Assembly: GCA_964016885.1 (NCBI GenBank)
Contig: OZ024740.1
Coordinates: 130,448,001 to 130,512,000, forward strand
Length of the DNA: 64,000 bases
Source of the DNA: Eledone cirrhosa
Taxonomy: Eukaryota
Reading direction: 5' to 3'
Below the pieces are notes generated by a model that was not told the origin of the DNA, searched no databases, and worked only from the letters and a program-made list of their open reading frames with translations. Shown in pieces: positions 13,455-27,867 of the stretch (the first letter of the stretch is position 1; each line of letters begins with the position of its first letter). The position numbers were made by a program, and so were the translations under genes.

Positions 13455-14170
13455 TTGTCTAGTGATACCGCCATCTTCCCCTTTCGTAAGTTAACAGATG
13501 GTAATGGAGGAATAGCGGTGGTAGCAATGAAGGAGTGGTGGCGGCTGTGATGGGATAGTGGTAGTAATGATGGATGGGTGGTGGCGGCGGTGACTGTAGT
13601 GATGGCGTTGTCGCTACTGAGCTTTGTTGAATAGACTGTATTTTTGTTTCATCGGTGAATCTATGGGGTTAGTCGCGTATATGTGTTGATATATTTTCTT
13701 AGTATTGGAATTAAACATTTTGTGAAGACTTGAGACAATAATAATAGTAATTACAATTTTTATGCTGGGATTGGTGGTGGTGGTGGTGAAATTGCCGTTA
13801 TCTGGCTCTTGTATTTAGTGTACACAGAGGAGTGATGGGGTAGGTGGTGTATCTAGTTTGTGGTGTTGCTGAAATTGCTGTTATTTGGCTGTTCTATATA
13901 GTGTAGACAGAGGCGGTTTTCTTCCATTTATAACCATTTTCTTTTTTGAATGTAAAAAGTATATAACAAATTTGAATATCTGAGCGATATAACAATATAT
14001 TATGGATCCGAATCTTCCTGAGGCTTGAATCTGCTGCTTTATGTATCATTTGTACTAGGAATTGTTATTTGACAATTGATTTAAATATGTTAAAAATCAA
14101 AAACTTAAGGGAGCGATTTCCTGACCTTCTTTCCACCATGTCCGTCTTCTTCCCTATACTTCTTCCCTAT
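13455..14170 (-). repeat. Element X copy 1 (inverted partner of 15717-16397); possibly 5'UTR/ORF1 start of another L1/Tx1-like family
   Basis: Reverse-complement match with indels; CAC/ACC-rich composition like the Tx1 ORF1 at 7.4 kb; end abuts (TTA)n 14168-14229. Confidence 0.7.
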
Positions 14171-14176
14171 TATTAA

Positions 14177-14229
<53 letters not shown>

Positions 14230-14230
<1 letters not shown>

Positions 14231-15716
14231 AGTTGCATTTATCTTTCTTTATGTTCATACGAGTTATCACCAAGTCACAACCAGTGACCTCAAGAGACAA
14301 CAAGGTCCACCATGTTCAAGAAAGAACATACATATTCACACATGCATCTCTAGTGTTTAGACTTGTGATGTACTTATATTGACGGAATCTTCCTTAGTAT
14401 ATGGGCAGTTCCCATTAGTACTATCTTTTGTATTTCTCCTATACGCGGGTTTCCTGGGATTTGCGATAAGTAATCATTAGACGCCTTAGGTATCATTCCC
14501 AGAGCGCCTACAACCACTGGTATTGTTTTAGTTCTCAATTTCCACATTTTTCCAATTTCTATCTCCAAGTCCTTATACTTGCTCAATTTTTCAAATGTTT
14601 TTATAGATACATTCTTGTCTATTGGAACAGACATATCAATTAGCAGGCATACCCTCTTTTGAAAGTCTATCAATATTATATCAGGTATGTTTGCATCTAT
14701 TTTTCGGTCTGTTTGGATGCTAAAGTTCCACAAGATTGAGATGTGATCTTTTTCAAGTATGGGAGGTGGCTGATGGTCCCACCAATTTTTTTGATGGGGC
14801 AGGTCAAAATGCTTACACATTATCCAATGTATGTATTGTGCAGCTCTGTCATGCCTGTTTAGGTATTCGGTTGGAGCTATAGGACTGCACATTGAAATTA
14901 TATGGTCAATGGTCTCTGGTTGTTTTTTGCATACACGGCATAATGGGCTGCACCCATTTTTTATTATGTTGGCTTGGTAATTTTTTGTTGGCAGACACTG
15001 ATATTGTGCCGATATAATCAGTCCTTCAGTCTCCGATTTCAGTCCAGAGGATGCCAACCACTGATGGGTTAAAGGTTTGTCAACATCAGGATTGTTAGCT
15101 CGCTCTGGGTATTTTCCATACAGACGCTTTTCTTGCATTTTTTAGCCAGTTTCTGTAGCAGTTCTTTCTTTGCAGTTACTTTTACCTGCTTTGCTTTTTC
15201 TGTGTTTTCCATTTCAGCAGTAAATGGGACTTCTGAAATTTGCAGTCCATTACTGTATCTTTGTGCATCTTTTGTAATGGAATACGATCTTTTGATGCTT
15301 TCGTGTTTCAAAACGAGTTTGATCATCCAATCATGTGATTCCCTTAGATATGTAGATAATCCAATTGTTGCAGTTTTCAACGCAATGTCTAACTGGATTA
15401 ACCCACGTCCTCCTTCTTTCCTAGGGAGATATATTCTATCTATATCTGCCTTAGGGTGATGCATTCTGTGCATGGTTAAGAACTTTCGAATTTTTGTATC
15501 GAGCCTACGGATCTCTGTGCTTGACCAGTTGATGATATTGTAACTGTAGGTTACTACTGGTATGGCAAGCTTGTTTATGGCATCGATCCTATTCCTTGCA
15601 TTCAATTCCGTTCTTAAGATTGCTCTTACTCTGCAGTAACATTCCTTCCTTATCCTTTCCCTCATTGTCGAGTGCTTGTTTCCGTCTCCTTCACAAACAC
15701 CTAGATATTTGTAAGA
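14230..15716 (-). mobile_element. R4/Dong-type family B, 3' part
   Basis: YKYLGV, HHPKADIDRIYLPRKEGGRGL, CRVCKKQPETIDHIISMC, RHD, PDIILID..LIDMSVP; 3' end at (TAA)n. Confidence 0.92.
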
Positions 15717-16397
15717 ATAGGGAAGAAGACGCACGAGGTGGTAGAAGTTCATGAAATCGCTCCCGTAAGTTTTTGATTGTTAACATATTTAAATCAATTG
15801 TGAAATAACAATTCTTAGTACAAATGTTGCATAAACCACCGAATGATATCCCATAAAGTTTCGGATCCATATTATATTGTTGTATCGCTCAAATATTCAA
15901 TTTTGTATTATATATCTTGTATTCAAAAAAAGAAAATGGTTATAAATGAAAGACAACACCCTCTGTCTACACCCTCTGTCTATATAGAACAGCCAAATAA
16001 CAGCAATTTCACCAACACCAGAAACTTGATACACCACCTATCCCATCACACTAAATATATCAGCCAGATAACATCAATTTCACCACCACCACCATCAATC
16101 TCAGCATCATAATAATAATTACTATTATTATTGTCTCAAATTTTAACAAAAAGTTTAATTCCAATTTTACGGGAATATGTCAACACAATATATATTAAAA
16201 ATATATATTAAACATACGAACACAAACTCATAGATACTACATATCAGTAACCACAACGCCACCGTTGTCACTACCCCACCCCATCCATCACTGCTACCAC
16301 TATCCCATCGCCGCCGCCACCACTCCTTCATTGCTACCACCACTATTCCCCTGTTAACTTGAGAGAGAAAGGGGAAGGTGGCGGTATCACTAGACAA
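15717..16397 (+). repeat. Element X copy 2
   Basis: atagggaagaagacg...ggcggtatcactagacaa is the inverted homologue of 13455-14170. Confidence 0.7.
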
Positions 16398-16721
16398 GGG
16401 AGATGCTAGCAAAAGATATAAATAGATTGACTTATTGACCTGGCCACCGGCCAAACGTCAACATCAACAACTATGGGACTGCTGGCTCACCCCTTCCTCA
16501 CCAACAATATAAAAAGCCCCGGCACCACCACCGACATAGCCAACAACAATAACAGCCAACTACAACAAAAAGTATATTATATTGTTGTAATGCACTGGGT
16601 GATTGCTGGCCTTGTGCCTGGAGTGGAGACAGTTATTAATAATTTCATTCTTCAGCCACGCAATGCTCACATTAAGGAACCACTCATGATAATAACAATT
16701 TAAAAAACAAAACAAAAAGAA

Positions 16722-18889
16722 AACCCCGTGACCAAGAAATACCGGGATGGCGGCCGGCGGGGAATAGCCGTGTCTCTAGGGGAGAACGACCCCTCTAGCC
16801 TTGGTTGACACTGGTTCTAGAAGTGGTAACACGAAATGATTACCCCTTGGCGGATAAGGATAAAACCGACAAAATAAAGTAAATGTCTAATAATAAAATC
16901 TCATACCGGATCGGCCGTCACCCGGGTAAAAAAGGGCCGCGTCCCCCAGAGAGGAACCAGACTGGGGTCGAAAAATCAGCTAATGGTTCAAACCTTCCCA
17001 TCACTTCGGAGCTGGAGACCTCCCATAACCGGAATACTCCTACTGTTGGCCCTCCATGCTCACCACCAAGAAATCCAAAGAAAAAGAGAGAAAGATAGTC
17101 AAGGGAAGATAATAAAGAAGTCCTTGGGGCTTTCTACACTGCCATGTACTACCCATCAAATACATCGAATACAGAACAGACATATATCAACTGGAAAAAG
17201 AAACATCCCGAAAACAGAGGTTATATTGACAGTAACAAACTAGCATATATACGAAGAAATATTGTAAGAAAAAAGTTACTAACTGATATAGAAATTGATC
17301 AGATCAAGCTATTAGCACAAAGTCAGCAATAGGAAAATGAAACATGTGTCAGTGAAAACGAGGTAAACTGTAACACTTCTAATCCCAGGGTTGGGGCGGA
17401 ATCACTGGCAACAGAACAGATTAAAGAAAGGATCGAAAAAGTGGAGGGAGTGCATGCTCAGGATGAAACTCCAAATGAAAATAATGAGATCGTAAATGAT
17501 AAAGAAATGAATGAGAATGAACTTGCCAACATGAAGGATGAAATTATGATCGAATGGATGAAAATGAAATAATCTGACATGGGGCAACGAGACACCCTCC
17601 CTAAGATCAAGAACTCCAAACAGAACCAAAAGATAATACACAAGACTAACATAATTCTCAAAAATATTATCATCACAAACAAACTAAACATTACTGATTT
17701 AAATCATCTCTATTATGCATCGGCTAAAGTCACCACTCACTTATGTGGAGTGAAGATGAAAAAGCAAAGGAATTCCTACAAGAAATCTACTTGGCAAGAG
17801 AACATCAATCGCCAAATAAACCTTCTCCGATCTGACATAGAAATTTTAACAAACTATAAAGTAGGTGAACATGTTAAACAAACTAAACTTAGAAAATTGA
17901 AAAAAAAGTACAGTATAAAATCAACATGTGACATAGACATGCTGATAGCAATAATCAAGCAAAAAGTGTCGGCCAAAGCTGCTCGTATAAGGCGCTTTGA
18001 AAAACGATCTAGATTCTATAAGGACAATAATATGTTCAAAAACAACAAAAGAAACTTCTACAGAAAAATTGGTAAGTCAACAATAACTGCTAAATCGATA
18101 CCACCCAAGGAGGAAGTGCAAGAATTCTGGGAAAAGATCTGGGCCGAAGAAAAAGTTCATAACATACATGCCCCATGGACAGACAAACAAATGAAAGATA
18201 CAGTTCACCTTGAGGAACAAATATGCGAAAATATAACAGTTGAACAGTTGCGCTTGGCTCTAAGAAAAACCAGCAAATGGAAATCCCCAGGAAAAGACAA
18301 AATACAAAACTTTTGGATAAATGCCTTCACAGAGTCTCATGAGCTGTTAGCCCAACTTTACAATGAAATAGTTAAGGAGCCAGAAAAGATACCATCATGG
18401 CTAGTTAACGGCATTACATTCCTGCTTCCGAAGAATGATGAGACAAACAATCCTAAAAATTACAGACCGATTACCTGCTTGACCACAATGTATAACATTT
18501 TAACATCAGTCCTAACTGAATACACATATGACCACCTGATAACAAATGACCTATTTCCCATTGAGCAGAAAGGGTGTAAACGAGGCTCATATGGCTGTAA
18601 GGATCAGCTTCTGGTTAACAAAATGATACTGGAAGATTGTCATAATAGACACAACAATCTATCGATTGCTTGGATAGATTATAAAAAAGCATTCGATAGT
18701 TTGCCACACAGTTGTATTGAAAAATGTTTAGAGATTTTCAAAATATCCCCCGTTGTCAGGAGGTTTTTGTCATTCAGTATGAAGACATGGAAAACGACAC
18801 TCCTTTTGAATAGTGAAACAAAATCAGTGGAAGTTGGAGAAGTTAATATTAATTGTTGAATTTTTCAGGGTGACTCTTTATCACCGCTT
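16722..18889 (+). mobile_element. R4/Dong-type element, 5' part (GC-rich 5'UTR, Myb-like region, RT to GDSLSP); probably family B
   Basis: ORF 17579-18859 WKSPGKDKIQNFWI, YRPITCL, EQKGC, WIDYKKAFDSLPH; distinct from family A; no overlap with the family B 3' part, so the pairing is inferred. Confidence 0.88.
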
Positions 18890-21800
18890 TCATAACAATA
18901 ACAACAACAGCAAGAACAACAACAATGAGAAAAACAACATAAACACCACCGCGAAACAACATTTGTCGTTTGCCAAAGCAGCCAAGAAATTCGAAACAAT
19001 CGAATGTAACCCAGGATGGATTAAATGAAGCCAAGAGAATGGTTAAAAAGATGGGTACAGGGTCAGCCCCCTACACACACACACCACACCACCACCACAC
19101 ACACACACACACACACCTAATAACATGCTGCAGCGGCGCCTATGCACCGTGTCTTATCGGACGATAAACACAAAGTCACGCCGAGTGGAACGGGCATCCG
19201 AGTCCCAAATACAAAAACATGTGTGAGCGAAGAAAAACCCACATCAGATGTGGGCAGAAATATGGAACCGTTGACAGGAAGCCAGCGAGCACTCCATGAC
19301 CCTATCTAGAAGCGTCGACATCACGCTCGTACTATGCTATTGTGGTCAGGGTCTCGTGAAGATCAGGGTGACCCAGGTTCCACCGGCCATTGAAATTCCC
19401 TGGCTAATGGCTGCTGTCCTCGCCGGCATCGAGGCCAACAAGAAAATAATTGAAATAACAACTGAAAAGCAGGAGAACTGGTCTGGATCTGGGATGGGGA
19501 TCCTGATCCAAGCGGACCAAAAAACATCGAGGAAATTCCCGGGGTAATAGACCTCACTGACGGCAGCCACCTCACCGTAATCGTTATAAGGGTAAAAGGC
19601 CGAGGTTTGTCGTTTGTGGTGAAAGAACCCACCTAAAGGCTTTCTGCCCTCAGGATAAAAAGTTGAGGCCACCTCTTTTACCCAACCCAGTGACTCAACC
19701 ATCAACACAACCAGCAGCAGAAATGGCAGCAACAACTGTAGCAGCAACAACAGAAACAACTGTAGCAGCAACAACCCCAGCAACAGTAGCAAAACCAACA
19801 CCAACCCCTCCCACCGCGCCAGAACTAGCATCAACGCTTCCACCATCCACCAAGCCACAACCAAAACCAACGACTGTGGAGGATTTTCCACTCCCCGACC
19901 TCTCGCAACTGGAGACAGATTGTGACGACTAGGAGTGGGAAACTGTATCAGGAAAAAAGAAAACAAGAAAAAGACCCCAAACATGAAAAACTCCTCTTTC
20001 TAACACCCCCCCCCCCAAAAAAAAAATACAGGGGGAAACAAATAAACAAGCAAACATAAAAGTTAGAACAGCTATGCCACCATCCACACCAGCATAAGCA
20101 ACACCATCACCACAAACACCAACACCAGCGCGCAAGGCCTACAGAGATCGGATTAGCGAACTAGTCAAGTGGGCGTTGACGGGGGCCATCTTCAACAACA
20201 AGTGATGGTTTGCTCTTAAAAGAGCGATTAGAATAGAGTCCATTAGGTTTCGTAAGGCTTTAGCAATAGTGAAAAATACAGCAGAGGGAGAACTAGTTAG
20301 AAAATTAGACGAGGCGCTTAGCAAAGGCATCGCGACCGACGTACTTGCGGCGAAATTGTCCCTTGACCAATTCTTCAATGCAAAGCACGAAGGCTCGTTG
20401 TCTCAGCTCGCGTGCGTGTTCTCAGACACGTGCGGTGAAAGCCGTTCAATGGGCCCGAGTGGCGGAGGCGTGTCGTGGCAAGAAAGCGACAATCCGGTCT
20501 TTGGTGGACCACGACGGATGCATGCTACTCGATCCCGAGCAAATGTTTGAAGCTCTTCAGCGACACCTCGCTCAGTTGTTCGGGGGCAGCGGTGGGCCGG
20601 ATCGAGGGATGGACTTTAGTGTCTACATCTCGGCCACTGAACTTTACGTACAGATACCAGACTTGTTCGGAGGCCTCTTGGACGACGTCTACTGAAACTG
20701 GCATCATAACGGGAGTATTCCCATCACTGTGAGCCGAAGAGCGGTGGCACTGCTGAGAAAGGATCCGAACAAGGGGGATAACATAGATAATTTCAGGTCC
20801 ATAACTCTGCTAAACACAGAGTTCAAGATTTTGGCCAAGGTGCTAGCAAAGAGGTTGGCGCTTGTCGTTGGTGGTCTGGTGGGAGGGGGCGCTGACATAC
20901 GCCATTCCCGACAGATCAATCCACGATAACCTCCACCACATGCTATACATCGTGGAGAGTGTACCTGGCACGGATGGGTCCTTGATCAATTTAGATCAGT
21001 CGAAAGCTTTCGATAGGGTCGACCATCGTTACCTAGCGGCAGTCCTGAGGGCGGCTAGGTTTGGGCCCATCTTCAGAGGCTGGATCGATGCTATGCACAG
21101 CGACATCTGCTCTGTGTTGAGAGTGAACAGTCACCTTTAGGAACCGTCCAACATCATTGCGCTCGGTCCGCCAAGGATGTTCCCTCTCGTCCCTCTTGTA
21201 CATATTTACTCTCGAGCCATTACTGCACAAACTGTAGACGTTGAGGGGTGTCTTGCGCGAACTAGGATGCGGAAGATCCATGTCAGCATATGCAGACGAT
21301 CTTACCGTAGTGGTGTTGAACCCCAAACACATCGAGGCGATCGGCACTATACTAAGATAATACGAAGCGGTGACAGGAGCAATGATCAACCAGGAAAAGT
21401 CAGTGGATGCAACTCAGCACATGTAGAGGCAGTTCCATGTCGTCCAAAAGCGTCGACGGGCGCTTGACGGACGGAGCCGTTAAATTGATAGGGGTCTAGT
21501 TCGGTCTGGACCTCCAGACGGACAAAATCTGGGACGGGTGACGAGGAGGGTGGCTTCTCTCACCCAGAAATGGGCGGAGATGAAGCTATCCCTGAAAGGT
21601 CGAGCGGAGGTGGCTAACGCTTTCGCTTTTTGTGGAAGGGGCGCACTCCGATGGTCAGGCGTTCTATCTGCTTTCAATACCCGCCATGTGAAGAACTGGG
21701 CATGCCATGGCTGATGTTGCGCAGACACGTGCTAAGGCTACGACATCTCCCCCTCTTCCTTGACGTTGATCAGGTCTGGTCGCCGTTTGTTAGACGCGTC

Positions 21801-22858
21801 TTTGCCCAGCTCGTCTCATTGACGGAGCTGCAGTCCTGGGTCAAGCGAAGACCGAGGAGAGAGAGCGCTTAGAGACTGGAATGTCTTCAGGCGCTCACAA
21901 CTCTCGACCAATCGGGCAATGTGATCGATGGAAACTCCACCTTGGCGTTCTATAGAAGATTAGTGCAGGGGAAGAGCGACGATGTACTTGGGGAAAATCT
22001 AGGCGTCGAGGAAAATCAACTATCCAATCTCTTCGGAAGAAATTTCGGGCCGGGCCCTATGGACAACTTCCAGAAATCTCTGGCCTGGTAGTGCAACCGA
22101 GGAGCTTTGCCAGTTTGGGATAAACTCTACAGGCATGGAGGTGCGTCAGCCGGGCATGTCCGACATGCGCGCAGGGCGACGAAACCGTCCTGCACGCACT
22201 CGTCCAGTGTCCGGCCATTGCTGACTTATGGATTTATGTCGAACACCTGCTGTCGCGTGTAGGACGGATCCAACTATCAGCTGAGTCCATCGTGAGGATT
22301 GCCTCGCCCTCATCGTTTAGCCGGGAAGGGCAGGCAATTGTTATCTGTTTGGTGGCCATGGCAAAAGAAATAGTATGGTGGACACGTTAGAAAGGGCTGA
22401 AGACGAGCACTTATATCTTCGGTGATGCCCTGATTAACTTTTTCAAATTTCATTTGAAAAGGAAAATCAGGGTAGAGAGGGAAGTGCACACTTCCCAGCA
22501 TTTTGTTGAAAGATGGGTGAGAGAAGCAAGTATGGCCCGAGTGAATGGGGCTACTCTGAGTATGTGTCTTTAAATTAAAGGTGGAAAACTGAGAGAGGGC
22601 ACTTGCCCTTATGGTCACAGGTCCACGGTAGCTTTTTAATGGGCCTTCTCCACGAATGTACCTCGGAACCCCCCCCCCCCCCCATATTGGCGAATTTTTC
22701 ACTGTTATTTTTTTCTTACATCCTCCGTTTCTGTTTTTTACACGCAGAAATGTCCATGTGTACCATCCTGTATTGTCCTGTGCTATCCTTAATGTCTACT
22801 TTATGTAAACCCTTGTGGTTAATAAAGAAAGCATTATTATTATTCTTATTATTATTAT
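18890..22858 (+). mobile_element. Tx1/L1-type copy 2: ORF1 fragment, internally deleted ORF2 with RT, 3'UTR, (TTA)n tail
   Basis: ORF1 homologous to 7620-8830; NFRSITLLNTEFKILAK, LDQSKAFDRVDH, RQGC, YADD, CPTC..ETVLHALVQC; AATAAA 22821 then (ATT)n. Confidence 0.9.
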
Positions 22859-23049
22859 GTTTTTGTTGTTGTTGCTTTTGCTGTTGTTTATGGTTTATCG
22901 AAACATGTTTTACATCACTCCTCTAACTTTGTTATTACTTTACTGTAACATAAATTTATATATAAATTTGAACTGTTGTAACCGTTTTACATATCATGGT
23001 TTTCTTCCCTCTATAGCCCATCATTTTTAACCCAAGATGTGTATAGCAA

Positions 23050-24640
23050 ACAGACCCCATAAATGTTATGTATGTTACTTCGGTGAAAAGAAGAGCCAGC
23101 TATCTGCTGAGTAAAACAACAACATTGTAAAAGTCAGTGGCAGCTGCAGTAATGGCTGCAGTGACGGCCACAGCAGCAGCAACAGTGGTGAAGATAGCGA
23201 CAAAATCATCAGCAGCATTGACAACACTATCAACAAACCCCTCGACAGTAGCAGCAGTGGTGGCAGTAAAAGCGACTGCAATAGCAGATTCCGCAAGAAC
23301 AACTGTATCCGCGTCACAAGTATCGTCCTCATTTCACGACAAAATCACCCACAAACAAACAATAAAAATAAAAAAGTAACATTAACAACACGAACCCAGC
23401 AACATCACAATAATTGGGTGAATGAGCACTGAACGGCATTATACCAGATATAGCGGATATAGATAAACAAGAGCATACGTGGTTATGTGCATACCTTCAA
23501 AACCGAATCTCTGGCTATCAACCATTCTCTGATCGCCTTCTAACCGACCAAATTTGTATTATACCCATCATATATAGGATACAGAACTGTAACAGCCAAG
23601 ATCACCGGTATTCCATAATGATTTGAGATCTAGATCAAATTTGTAGTCAGACACCCCTTACGCATCATTCCCAGCGTGTAAAGCCTGCAGTGGGCGGATT
23701 AGCAAATACAGTGGTATTTATACACAATGTTGTAGGGCACTCACAGCAATTAATGTAAAGTTGATATCTTTTGCTAAAGAATAAGCGATCGTAAAAATAG
23801 AACGGATGGAGTATGAGCAACTAAGCAAGATGAGGCGATTATGTGTGGCATTGCAACGGACGTGCTAGGTGCAGGAATGGCACTAGATAGTGTTTTCATC
23901 CTGTAAGAAGGTTGCATTGTCAGAGCAATGGCGTGTGTTTTAAGAAACGAACGGGCAAATGTGTTTCAAGTGGGCGAGATGCAACGTGACAACAGAATGA
24001 CAATTGGGATTTTGATGAACCACAGCGGTCATGTGCTCCTCGATGGCAAGCTGCCGATTTCAGCTTTCCATCAGCATTTCACATCGATATTCTGATGCTT
24101 AGTTCTGGAAAAAACCGATAATATCAACCGAAACACGAAAAGATCTTGCCGGCTGTACGAGGCGCAATTGTTCTGGCTTGGTTGGTCTACGCAATGAATA
24201 TTGCGTAACAGAGACAGAGACTGGGTGCCTGGCCAATCGAATTATGTCAGGCGCTTATTCTGCCCTACCAGTCAGGGTATGCGGTCTATGTAATTTCCGC
24301 TCTAGTGTTCTATAGAGGAATATTGAATGGCAAGATCGATGATGTAAACGAAGAGATTTTGGGCATCGATGAAATCGAACTGACGCTTGGGATCCGGAGA
24401 ACACCTGAACCGGGGCCAATGGACATATTCCAAAATTCCTTGGCTTATCAGTGCTATCGAGGGGAGGGAGCACTGCCGGTACGAGGCAAAATCTATAGGA
24501 AAGGAAGTGTGGTCAGACTGAATTGTGCGAGATGCACGAACAGCAATGAAATCGTTCTGCACGCACATGTCCGCTCTCCTTGCATGCTGACTATATATAT
24601 ATAGACATCTGGTTACAACAGCACATGCATGTCTACAAAT
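23050..24640 (+). mobile_element. Older, heavily deleted Tx1-like remnant
   Basis: PSYIGYRTVTAKITGIP ~ ORF1 PSYCGQRLVNIRVTNVP; EGCIVRA ~ EGCVVRA; ORF 24305-24604 PGPMDIFQNSLAYQCYRG..CARC ~ ORF2 C-terminus at 22.0-22.2 kb; left boundary uncertain. Confidence 0.75.
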
Positions 24641-25730
24641 ATATGGTAAGCAGTAAATACTCATTATTTTGATCTAAGTTACAGTTTAGTATATATCGCT
24701 GTTAGTTCACGAAGCAGGGCAATTTCGGTGCAGCATTCTGTACGTTGATAATCAAAGACGATTTCACTTATGGATAGATTTCTATTGTCTAGCAATGGAT
24801 AGATACATACACACTTATCGAAAGTGATATCATACATCTTAACAAACACAACAAAACACGTGAATACACAGGACAACGACACAAATAAGACACAACATCT
24901 ACGACATGCACACGCACGAAATCAACTTCATCCCCACGCACGGAACTTTACTAATGACAGGCGGATATACTCCACCTCGATCCCAGCCCGCATTCCAGGC
25001 TAATTGCCTGCCCTCCTAAACGATTAAAAAAGACACTTTTTATTCAGCCACCACTTTTCTATCTTCCTCTCTCTCCAGTATTGGCCTTTTTTCTCAATAA
25101 AGACGTATGTCCGTTACGTTGATATTATTTTATTATTTATTTCTTTCTTTTTCATTCCCATACGTGAAACTAACAATATTTAGTTTTTTTATTGTGTGTG
25201 TCTTGTTTAGTCTTGAACTATACATACACACATATATATATATACTGATTCATATATTTTTTCATTAGGATACTATTACCTTTGACGTGAATGTTGCCTT
25301 TGCTGCTAAACACCATAAAATAATGTCCGTATATGTTGTAAACTAACAAATAACTTACATGTGAAGTTATACATTACCAAAAATATCCCTTGATGTCTTA
25401 TTTATACCTAGTAATGTAATGAATAAAATTATTAAAGTACGGCAGCACCAATGCAAATCAGGTGTTTTCTCTGCAGAGCCTGAATTTGATATGACATACT
25501 GTAATATTTTGGTCAGAAATGTATATCTAACATGCTACATTTCCAAAGCATAAATAGAGAAAAATGGTTTGAAAGGGTATGAAAGAAGGACTATTCAAAG
25601 AAAGCATAATGTATTATTATAGTGTGTATTGGTGTTCATTTTGATATTCATAAGTGTTTATAACTTTTAAGGGCATTCCTAGAGTATTATTGATTCATAT
25701 TTCCGCAACCGCTATTCATGTCTTCTCTAA

Positions 25731-25789
<59 letters not shown>

Positions 25790-27583
25790 TATTGCATGTA
25801 TCAATGCTAAATACGTGTATATGCTCGGGATTTCAAAAACGTATGTTTCGTTTGTGATCATATTTATTGAATAAATATATAGTGGAATATGCGCTATTTT
25901 TCAGATCTGAGACATCCGTTACTGGTCTCACATTATGCTTTGCAAACAGTAAAGCTGCAATAAATCTCACAAATTAAATACATAACATATACCGTGTCTA
26001 CAAGAAAAATATAAACTTCGAATCCAACTTAATTCCTATCGTATAATATATCTTATTTTCAAGACAATATGTTTCTTTATTTTTACTTGTTGAAGATTTG
26101 CAGTAAACAGAATGCAGATTTTGTCTTCTTGACCTTTTGATAAAAGAGGGTTAGCATGAAGCAAGTCATTTATGCGAGTCTCTAAAAAACGTGAGAGATG
26201 GGGTAGGAAATTGACCGTGAAAATGCTCAAAATATGTAACGCATAATGAGCCATCATGAATTGGTCCGTGAAGAAATTTGTAGAGTTAAACCGGACGTTA
26301 GTTTACGTTAACCAACTAAAAGCATAACTGTCCTCACGGTGAGCTTCTACACTGATTCAAATTAGTAAATGCCCTCAACAAGCCGTTTATATCTTTAGAA
26401 AAGTATACTATGCTCAATCGATTAAAGTTATCGTTTCTTTCTTGAAAGGAGTTGAGATGCAATTACTGAAACTGATAAAAAAAGAATGAGTGTTTGATAT
26501 TTCAAATTCAAAATGCAAGCATGAGCAGCACATGGTATTCTGATCCGGATATTATTAGTGTTGTCAATTCCTTTGATAAAAAGATATAATGCCAAACTAT
26601 TAAGGGTTATTAAATAACTCCTAGATAACATTACAACTCTCATTTTCTTATTACCATTAACATTGAATCTTCTATTTACATTGTTGTAAACCTCTAAAAA
26701 CACATTATTTCTGAATTTTACGAAACTCCCTGAGCAAACTACAACACTCGCTTCCTTACTTTCATGATTATCAACGCTGTATATTAGAGAAAAACAAATA
26801 AAATTGAATTGTTATCTAGGTTTTCGTTTTAAATTTTTGTTTGATCAAATCTTTATGTGTTTGTTTTTACATGTCTACGAATCTCACTCGGATTTACTGC
26901 AACGCAATTTAGATTATTAGAAATAAATTACACTCGATAAATTTGTTATTTTATAATTCGGTTTTTAAGTACATTTTAATCATGTTTATTTGAAGTTAAA
27001 AACAGATGATAAGTACACATACATCTGAATTTAAAATAATAATTGATTTAAATTCCAATCGTCATCTTTCAACAGATCAAACTCACAACTACGGTTCAAA
27101 TAGTAAATTGGACGGTTTTAATTTATGACCTGATAAATATAACACTTGCATATACTGTTCCATTTTTCTCGATTTAGAAGTTTATATGTTTCAAACATGA
27201 AAGTATCTGCAAAACCGGATGCATACGTAAGATATTACAATGGAGGCTGATATGTTATTTCTATTGTCACAGAAATGATTATTTCAACGAATGAGGGCAA
27301 CAAATAAATATTCGCAGCTGTAATATCTTCCAGCCTCTGATGTTCTATCAGTTTCTCAATTTCCGTGGTTGCCAATGCATTTGCTGGATGGTTTAATTAG
27401 AGGGAATAGCCTACTGCTATAAGGGAATAATCAAAATCCTAAAGATACAAGTAGCCAAAATAATTAATAACATTTCTTACAGGCGTTTCAATAAATCAAT
27501 TTTAGACACCTATACAAAAAAATTACAGACATCCACATGTTAAACATTGATTCACTGGGGAGATTATATCAATTGTAGTCATC

Positions 27584-27867
<284 letters not shown>

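Noticed and set aside
16955-16990. gaacca...ctaatggttc resembling HDV ribozyme P2 and J4/2
   Set aside because: Too little enclosed sequence for P3/L3, P1' and P4
14230-18889. A single simple inversion of one RLE element mediated by repeat X
   Set aside because: Flipping the segment between the X copies still leaves the 3' half upstream of the 5' half
25092-25125. caataaagacgtatgtccgttacgttg as a decayed HHR
   Set aside because: Both core boxes would need multiple changes; not supportable
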